Shown here in pieces: positions 57,636 through 64,000 of a stretch of DNA of 64,000 bases (position 1 is its first letter; each line of letters opens with the position of its first letter). The notes beneath the pieces were generated by a model, which ran no database searches, had not been told where the DNA came from, and saw only the letters and a list, made by a program, of their open reading frames with translations. A program made the translations under genes and the position numbers. Origin of the DNA: an uncultured Alphaproteobacteria bacterium (GTDB lineage: Bacteria > Pseudomonadota > Alphaproteobacteria > Rhizobiales > Xanthobacteraceae); contig CAWHFI010000002.1 in assembly GCA_963828645.1 (NCBI GenBank), positions 9,064-73,063 of the forward strand, given 5' to 3'.

Positions 57636-58739
57636 ATGAGCACCCCGACCAAACTGTTCGAGCCGTTCAAGCTCGGCCCGCTGACCCTGCCCAATCGCCT
57701 TGTGATGGCGCCGCTTACCCGCAACCGCGCGGTTGCCGGCCTGGTGCCGAGCCCGCTCGCGATCGAATATTACGGGCAGCGCGCTTCCGCCGGCCTGCTG
57801 GTGACCGAGGCCACCCAGGTCTCGCAGCAAGGACAGGGCTATCAGGATACGCCCGGCATCTACTCCAACGAACAGGTTGCCGGCTGGCGCAAGGTAACCG
57901 ATCGCGTGCACGAACGCGGCGGGCGCATATTCCTGCAAGCCTGGCATGTCGGCCGCATTTCCCACGTCAGCCTGCAGGAAAACAACCAGCCGCCGGTAGC
58001 GCCGTCCGCCATCCGCGCCAAGGGCAAGACCTTCGTCAATGGCACGTTCGCCGACGTCTCGGAGCCGCGCGAGCTCAGGCTCGAGGAAATTCCCGGCATC
58101 GTCGAAAGCTTCCGGCGTGGTGCGGCGAACACGATCGCGGCGGGTTTCGACGGCGTCGAGATCCACGGCGCCAACGGCTATCTGCTCGATCAATTCGCCA
58201 AGGACGGCACCAACAAGCGCAGCGATGCCTATGGCGGGTCGATCGAGAACCGGGCGAAGCTGATGCTCGAGGTTGCCAAAGTGGTGACATCGGAGATCGG
58301 CGCGGAGCGAACCGGCATCCGGATTTCGCCGGTGACGCCGGCCAACGATGTTTCCGACAGCAATCCGCAACCGCTGTTCGATTATATCGTCGATCGTCTC
58401 AATGCGCTGAAGCTGGTCTATATCCACGTCATCGAGGGCGCGACCGGCGGCCCGCGCGATATCGCGCCGTTCGACTACGCCAGCTTGCGCAAGCGCTTCA
58501 GCGGCGCCTATATCGCCAACAACGGCTACGACTTCGACCTCGCCACCAAGGTGCTCGCCGCCAACGAAGCCGACCTGATCGCATTCGGCAAACCGTTCAT
58601 CGCCAATCCCGATCTGGTCGAGCGCTTGAAGCGCGGCGCGCCGCTCAATGTGCCGGACAAGGCGACCTTCTACGGCGGCGGCGCCAAGGGCTATACGGAT
58701 TATCCGGCGCTCGGCGAAGCGATGGACGCGGCGCAGTAG
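57636..58739 (+). CDS. Alkene reductase (old yellow enzyme, NemA-like)
   Basis: NRLVMAPLTR, QAWHVGRISH, DGVEIHGANGYLLDQF, KGYTDYP. Confidence 0.94.
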   Translation: MSTPTKLFEPFKLGPLTLPNRLVMAPLTRNRAVAGLVPSPLAIEYYGQRASAGLLVTEATQVSQQGQGYQDTPGIYSNEQVAGWRKVTDRVHERGGRIFLQAWHVGRISHVSLQENNQPPVAPSAIRAKGKTFVNGTFADVSEPRELRLEEIPGIVESFRRGAANTIAAGFDGVEIHGANGYLLDQFAKDGTNKRSDAYGGSIENRAKLMLEVAKVVTSEIGAERTGIRISPVTPANDVSDSNPQPLFDYIVDRLNALKLVYIHVIEGATGGPRDIAPFDYASLRKRFSGAYIANNGYDFDLATKVLAANEADLIAFGKPFIANPDLVERLKRGAPLNVPDKATFYGGGAKGYTDYPALGEAMDAAQ

Positions 58740-58752
58740 AGCGGCGGTGCGC

Positions 58753-58882
58753 CCCCTCGCCCCGCCCTTCGCGGGGAGAGGGTTGGGGTGAGGGGCTCTA
58801 TCAACAAGCAGACTCGCTGAGAGTCCCCCTCACCCGAAATTCGCCTTGCGAATTTCGACCTCTCCCCGCAAGCGGGGAGAGG
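58753..58882. repeat. Family C repeat
   Basis: ccctcgccccg...ggggtgagggg...cccctcacccg...ctctccccgcaagcggggagagg. Confidence 0.85.
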
Positions 58883-58892
58883 TAAGAAAGCC

Positions 58893-60644
58893 TCAATTCG
58901 CAGCGCGTTTCGGCGGCGTCGCCGGCCAGCTCTTCACCATCACGTCGTAGTCCACCGTCTCGCCCTTCGGCTTTTCGTTCGCCAGCATGCGCTGCGGCGC
59001 GGTGTGATCTTTCTCGGCTTTGGCGAACCAGGATTCGGGTTTCGATTTCCTGTTGAGCTTGGGGCCGCAATCGCCCTGCACGTTCGATCGTTCCAGGCGC
59101 TCCATGACCGAATCCTGGGCAGCCGCCAACTGGTCCATCGCCGCCTGCGGGGTCTTGGTGCCGGCCGCGGCGTCGCCGATGTTCTGCCACCACAATTGCA
59201 CCAGCTTCGGATAGTCCGGCACGTTGCTGCCGGCCGGGGTCCACTGCGCGCGCTCGGGCGAGCGGTAGAACTCGACCAGGCCGCCGAGTTTCGGCGCACG
59301 CTCGGTGAACGACTTATCCCAGATATCGGCTTCGCGGATGAAGCTGAGGCCGACATGGCTCTTCTTCAGGGAAACCGTCTTGGAGACGATGAACTGCAGA
59401 TAGAGCCAGGCCGCCTTGCGGCGATCAGCCGGGGTCGACTTCAACAGCGCCGATGCGCCCACGTCCTGATAACCGCGCTTCATGCCGTCCTTCCAGTAGG
59501 CGCCGTGCGGCGACGGCGCCATCCGCCATTTCGGCGTGCCGTCGGCATTCATCACCGCTCCCGGCTTCAGCATGTCGGCTATGGAATCCGTGCGCCAGAA
59601 AATCTGCTGCGCGATGTTGCCTTGCGCCGGCATCGCTCGCGCTTCGGAAAAGCTCATGCCCAGCGCCTGCGGCGGGGCATATTTCTTGATCCAGTCGAGA
59701 TATTTGACCACCGAATAGACCGCCGCCGGACCGTTGAGGTCGCCGCCGCGCTCGACCGACGAACCGACCGGACGGCAGCCCTCGATCCGGATGCCCCATC
59801 CATCGACCGGAGTTCCGTTCGGCAAGCCCTTGTCGCCGCTGCCGGCCATCGCCAGCCAGCCATCGGTAAAGCGCGGGCCCAGCGCAGGTTCCTTCTTGCC
59901 GTAGTCCATGTGGCCGAACACCCTGACGCCATCGATTTCCTTGACGTCGTTGGTGAAGAATTCGGCTATGTCTTCGTAGGCGGACCAGTTCACGGGCACA
60001 CCGAGTTCGTAACCATATTTGGCCCTGAACCTCGCCTTGAAATCCGGATTGCCGAACCAGTCGTAGCGAAACCAGTACAGGTTCGCCGACTGCTGATCGG
60101 GAAGCAGATACAGCTTGCCGTCCGGCGCTGTCGTGAAGGATTTGCCGATGAAATCGCCGAGGTCGAGCATGGGATCGGTGACATCCTTGCCCTCGTCGGC
60201 GATGTAGTCGGAGAGGATCACGGTCTGCTTGTAGCGGAAATGGGTGCCGATCAGATCGGCGTCGCTGATCCAGCCGTCATACATGTTCTTGCCGGACTGG
60301 ATCTGGGTCTGCAGCTTTTCGACCACATCGCTTTGCGTTGTCGTGTCGTGGCTGACCTTGATGCCGGTCAGTTCGGTGAAGGCTTTGGCGAGCGTCTTCG
60401 ACTCATAGTCGTGGGTCGGCAGGGTTTCGGAGACGATTTTGATCTCCATGCCCCTGAACGGCTGCGCCGCCTTTTCGAACCACTGCAGTTCCCTCAGCTG
60501 ATCGGCTTTGGACAGGGTCGAGGGTTGAAACTCGCTGTCGATCCATTTTTGCGCGGTGGCGTCGTCCGCCAGGGCCGGCGCCGCGACGGCCAGCGAAATC
60601 AGCGTCGTGGCGCAGGTCGTTCTCAAAAAGCCGATCGTCGTCAC
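58893..60644 (-). CDS. GlpV-like ABC substrate-binding protein (glycerol transporter family), diverged
   Basis: EFQPSTLS, DLIGTHFRY, PVNWSAYEDIAEFF, HMDYGKK, PDYPKL; GTG start after GGGAGGG. Confidence 0.82.
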   Translation of the reverse strand: MTTIGFLRTTCATTLISLAVAAPALADDATAQKWIDSEFQPSTLSKADQLRELQWFEKAAQPFRGMEIKIVSETLPTHDYESKTLAKAFTELTGIKVSHDTTTQSDVVEKLQTQIQSGKNMYDGWISDADLIGTHFRYKQTVILSDYIADEGKDVTDPMLDLGDFIGKSFTTAPDGKLYLLPDQQSANLYWFRYDWFGNPDFKARFRAKYGYELGVPVNWSAYEDIAEFFTNDVKEIDGVRVFGHMDYGKKEPALGPRFTDGWLAMAGSGDKGLPNGTPVDGWGIRIEGCRPVGSSVERGGDLNGPAAVYSVVKYLDWIKKYAPPQALGMSFSEARAMPAQGNIAQQIFWRTDSIADMLKPGAVMNADGTPKWRMAPSPHGAYWKDGMKRGYQDVGASALLKSTPADRRKAAWLYLQFIVSKTVSLKKSHVGLSFIREADIWDKSFTERAPKLGGLVEFYRSPERAQWTPAGSNVPDYPKLVQLWWQNIGDAAAGTKTPQAAMDQLAAAQDSVMERLERSNVQGDCGPKLNRKSKPESWFAKAEKDHTAPQRMLANEKPKGETVDYDVMVKSWPATPPKRAAN

Positions 60645-60675
60645 GAAGCGGTCCCTCCCCCAAAGCGGCGCACCC

Positions 60676-62220
60676 TCATGTGCTTTGTCGTGCCGCCAGC
60701 AAAGAATGTTCAGGGGAAGCGCGATAGGCTGAAACCCACTGGTCGATCGCGGCAATTTCGCCCATTGACAGCCGCAATCCAAGCTTGGAGCGCCGCCAGA
60801 CGACGTCTTCGGCGGTGCGAGCCCACTCCACCGAGATCAGGTATCTGACCTCGCTCTCGGTCAAGCCGGCGCCGAAGCACCGGCCGAGATCATCCATCGA
60901 TTTGGCATCGCCGAGAACCTTGCCGGCGCGGGTGCCATAGGCGTGCGCCAGCCGATTGGCGTGGGCCGGTTCCAGAAACGGATAGTTGCGCAGCAACTCC
61001 GCTGACAGTGCCGGAATCGCCGAGACGTCCATGTCGCCGCCGGGCAATGGCGATTTCGCGGTCCAGCCTTCGCTCGCCGTGGCGCCGTTCAGCCAGGGCG
61101 CGAGCTTTTCCAGCGCCTCTTCCGCCAGCCGCCGGTGGGTGGTGATCTTGCCGCCATAGATCGACAGCAGCGGCGTGCCCTGGGGCGTGTCGAGTTCCAG
61201 CACATATTCGCGGGTGGCGGCCTTGGCCTCGCTGGCGCCGTCATCATAGAGCGGACGCACGCCGGCATAGTGCCACACCACGTCCTCGGGTTTCACGGGC
61301 CTGGCCAGATATTCGCTGACGGAATCGCAGAGGTATTTGATCTCCTCGTCGGTCGCTTTTACCTTGGCCGGATCGCCTTCATAGTCGCGATCGGTAGTGC
61401 CGATAAGAGTAAAGTCATCCTGATAGGGAATCACAAAGACGATGCGGCCGTCCGCGTTCTGGAACATGTAGGCGCGGTCGTGCGCATAGAGTTTTCGCAC
61501 CACGATGTGGGAACCCTGCACCAGCCGGATCCTGGCCTTGGCGTTGACGCCGGCGCCGGTCGCCAGCACCTGCTCGACCCAGGGACCGCCGGCGTTGACC
61601 AGCACGCGCGCCCTGATCGTCGCGCGCGCGCCGTCGGCGTCTTCGACCGTGACCTGCCAGATGTTGTCGGCTTGCGCGATCCCGACCGCCCGCGAACGGG
61701 TGCGGATCTCGGCGCCGCGATCGGCCGCATCGCGCGCGGTGAGCACGACCAGACGCGCATCATCGACGAAGCAGTCGGAATATTCAAAACCTTTGGTGTA
61801 GCGGCCGGGCACCAAAGGCTTTCCGACCTCGTCATCGCGCGAAAGATCGACCGTGCGCGTCGGCGGCAGCAGATGCCGGCCGCCGATATGGTCGTAGAGG
61901 AACAGCCCGAGCCGCAGCAGCCAGGCCGGCCGCAACCCATCATGGTGCGGCAGCACGAAACGCAGGGGACGGATGATGTGCGGTGCGATCCGCCACAGGA
62001 TTTCGCGCTCGATCAGCGCCTCGCGCACCAGCCGGAACTCGTAATATTCGAGATAACGCAAGCCGCCATGCACGAGCTTGGTCGACCACGACGAGGTTCC
62101 GCTCGCCAGATCGTTCATCTCGCAGAGGAAAACCGAATTGCCGCGGCCCACCGCGTCGCGCGCGATACCGCAGCCATTGACACCGCCGCCGATGATCGCG
62201 AGGTCGAAAATCCGGTCCAA
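60676..62220 (-). CDS. glpD: Aerobic glycerol-3-phosphate dehydrogenase
   Basis: GGGVNGCGIARDA, TSSWSTKLVHGGLRYLE, GVRPLYDD, GGKITT. Confidence 0.95.
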   Translation of the reverse strand: MDRIFDLAIIGGGVNGCGIARDAVGRGNSVFLCEMNDLASGTSSWSTKLVHGGLRYLEYYEFRLVREALIEREILWRIAPHIIRPLRFVLPHHDGLRPAWLLRLGLFLYDHIGGRHLLPPTRTVDLSRDDEVGKPLVPGRYTKGFEYSDCFVDDARLVVLTARDAADRGAEIRTRSRAVGIAQADNIWQVTVEDADGARATIRARVLVNAGGPWVEQVLATGAGVNAKARIRLVQGSHIVVRKLYAHDRAYMFQNADGRIVFVIPYQDDFTLIGTTDRDYEGDPAKVKATDEEIKYLCDSVSEYLARPVKPEDVVWHYAGVRPLYDDGASEAKAATREYVLELDTPQGTPLLSIYGGKITTHRRLAEEALEKLAPWLNGATASEGWTAKSPLPGGDMDVSAIPALSAELLRNYPFLEPAHANRLAHAYGTRAGKVLGDAKSMDDLGRCFGAGLTESEVRYLISVEWARTAEDVVWRRSKLGLRLSMGEIAAIDQWVSAYRASPEHSLLAARQST

Positions 62221-62283
62221 CGGCGCTTCCCTGGGGCGTGTCCTTGGTTCGGATTAAATCCAACCAAATGCGAAAGCAACCAC

Positions 62284-63690
62284 TTACATCAAATCCGATG
62301 GCGGCTTGCCGCGGCTGACATAGCGCCCATTGGCCTTGCCGCCGACAAGTTCGCCGTCGCGCACGACAAAACGGCCGCGCAACATGGTGGCGACCGGCCA
62401 GCCGGTAATTTCCAGGCCTTCGTAAGGCGTGTAGTCGGCGCCATGGTGCAGGTTCGCCTGCGACAGGGTCGCGGTTCGCTTCGGGTCCCACAGCGCGATG
62501 TCGGCGTCATAGCCGATCGCGATCGCGCCTTTTCCGGCGAGGCCATAGGTTCTGGCGTGGTTGGTCGACGTCAGCGCGACAAACCGGTTCAGCGAAATGC
62601 GGCCCTTGCTGACACCTTCCGAAAACAGGATCGGAAGACGGGTCTCGATTCCGGGAATGCCGTTGGGAATCCAGCGAAAGCTGGTCCGGGCGTTGGGGGT
62701 CAGTTTGCCCGCTTCATCGTCATAGCGGAACGGACAATGATCGGAAGAAAACAGCGAGAACACGCCCTGTTGCAGCCCTTCCCAACAGGCCTGCTGACTG
62801 GCCTTGTCGCGCGGCGGCGGCGAGCAAACGTATTTCGCGCCCTCCATGCCCAGATCCTTCAGGTCTTCTTCGGTCAGGACCAGATATTGCGGACAGGTTT
62901 CGCCGCGGATCTTCAGGCCGCGCATCTGGGCGCGGCGGATTTCCTCCATCGCCTCGCGGTTGGAGACATGAACCACGACGATCGGAACGTCGATCAGTTC
63001 GGCCAGCGAGATGGCCCGATGGGTCGCCTCGCGCTCGACCGCGATGGGACGCGATTTCGCATGAAAGTAAGGCCCGGTGTTGCCGGCGCGCTCCAGCCGG
63101 TCGGCCAGGAAACGGATGGCGTCGTAGTTTTCGGCATGAACCTGAACCAGCGCGCCGGACTCCCGGGCCACCGAGAGAACGTTCAGAATCTGGAAGTCGC
63201 TCAGCGCGAGGTCGGCATAGGTCATGAATATCTTCAGCGACGTATAGCCGTCGGCGATCAGCGCCGGCAGCTCCTGCCCGAGCACGTTGTCCGTGGGATC
63301 GGCAATGATGAGATGAAAGGAATGATCGACATGGCAGTTGTGCTCTGCGAGCGCGTGATAATCCTTCAGCGCCTCGCGCAAGGGCTGCCCCTTGGCCTGC
63401 AGGCAATAGGGCATCACGAAGGTGTTGCCGCCGAATGCGGCGGCCCGGGTCGCACTGGCGAAATCGTCCGCCATGACGATGCCGGGGCCTGAGGGCTGCG
63501 AAATATGGACGTGACTGTCGATCCCGCCCGGCAGCACCAGCAGGCCGGTGGCATCGACGAGTTCGTCGGCGTCGGTCAACGCTTCCCCGATCGAGACGAT
63601 GCGGCCGTCCTTGATGGCGACGTCGGCCTTGAAGGTGTCGCTGGCGGTGGCGACCGTCCCGTGGCGGATGACGGTGTCGAAAGCGGCCAT
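62284..63690 (-). CDS. hydA: Dihydropyrimidinase/D-hydantoinase
   Basis: PGGIDSHVH, SLKIFM, VHAEN, VHVS, ETCPQYL, SDHCPF, DYTPYEG. Confidence 0.93.
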   Translation of the reverse strand: MAAFDTVIRHGTVATASDTFKADVAIKDGRIVSIGEALTDADELVDATGLLVLPGGIDSHVHISQPSGPGIVMADDFASATRAAAFGGNTFVMPYCLQAKGQPLREALKDYHALAEHNCHVDHSFHLIIADPTDNVLGQELPALIADGYTSLKIFMTYADLALSDFQILNVLSVARESGALVQVHAENYDAIRFLADRLERAGNTGPYFHAKSRPIAVEREATHRAISLAELIDVPIVVVHVSNREAMEEIRRAQMRGLKIRGETCPQYLVLTEEDLKDLGMEGAKYVCSPPPRDKASQQACWEGLQQGVFSLFSSDHCPFRYDDEAGKLTPNARTSFRWIPNGIPGIETRLPILFSEGVSKGRISLNRFVALTSTNHARTYGLAGKGAIAIGYDADIALWDPKRTATLSQANLHHGADYTPYEGLEITGWPVATMLRGRFVVRDGELVGGKANGRYVSRGKPPSDLM

Positions 63691-63713
63691 GATCGCGATA
63701 CTCCGGTTGCGCC

Positions 63714-64000
63714 TCAAACTTGCTGGAACAGCGAACCCCAGCCTGTCACGCGTTTGGTATCGACGCCAGCGAGCTTGAGGCATTTCCAGACCACGGTGGC
63801 GATGGTGTCATAGACCGGAATGCCCGTTTCACGCTCCAGCTTCGCAACCGACGGCGCGGCGTGCAAGTTCGTGCAGATAATCGTAATCGCGTCCGGCTTT
63901 TCTTTCGCGACCTCGCGCGTCATGGTTTCGATTTGCGCGGCCGGCACTTCCGAAAAGGAAAAATTGTCACGCAGGCCGAGATGGCGCTCGCTTTGGCAGG
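63714..64000 (-). CDS. Asp/Glu/hydantoin racemase or maleate isomerase family protein, C-terminal part
   Basis: ERHLGLRDNFSFSEV...DAITIICTNL...LERETGIPVYDT; start lies outside the window. Confidence 0.8.
   Translation of the reverse strand, partial: CQSERHLGLRDNFSFSEVPAAQIETMTREVAKEKPDAITIICTNLHAAPSVAKLERETGIPVYDTIATVVWKCLKLAGVDTKRVTGWGSLFQQV

Noticed and set aside
59004-63492. Long plus-strand ORFs 59004..60848 and 61135..63492 (likewise 50951..52576, 52733..54385, 37306..38979)
   Set aside because: Antisense shadows of well-supported genes, expected in high-GC DNA

Overview
GC-rich alphaproteobacterial chromosome segment, most likely Bradyrhizobium/Nitrobacteraceae (fused cytochrome b/c1 fbcH, fused trpE(G) with a WW leader peptide, dense CGTC/GTAG-type palindromic repeats). 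The core backbone is mutY-DUF721-DsbA-smc, lemA-htpX, apt-trpE(G), fbcFH-trmL, hemF, cca-Nudix-DUF1285, a MoxR/DUF58/DUF4159 operon, aceA with a divergent ScfR-type regulator, an MltB-type gene, glpD and hydA. Accessory pieces are the 5' end of a PLD-nuclease (probably helicase-fused) gene at the left edge, a higBA module, an ISAs1 element inserted into a palindromic repeat with a 10-bp target duplication, an orphan antitoxin, and a GT2/membrane-protein pair. The strongest candidate for an undescribed system is a 4.4-kb islet between trmL and hemF. It holds one ORF fusing a MocR/GabR regulator (GntR HTH plus PLP domain), a MOSC molybdenum-cofactor domain and a rubredoxin, divergent from a stand-alone UrtA-like binding protein. 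Also notable are a Zur-box/DUF2946 RAPP leader/RBS-sequestering helix in front of a TonB-dependent receptor, a ~400-nt structured non-coding element, and a ~40-bp module that replaces the GAA loop of GC-GAA-GC hairpins in three repeat families. Seven genes carry single +1 frameshifts, most likely sequencing errors. All family assignments come from motif recognition; no searches were run.
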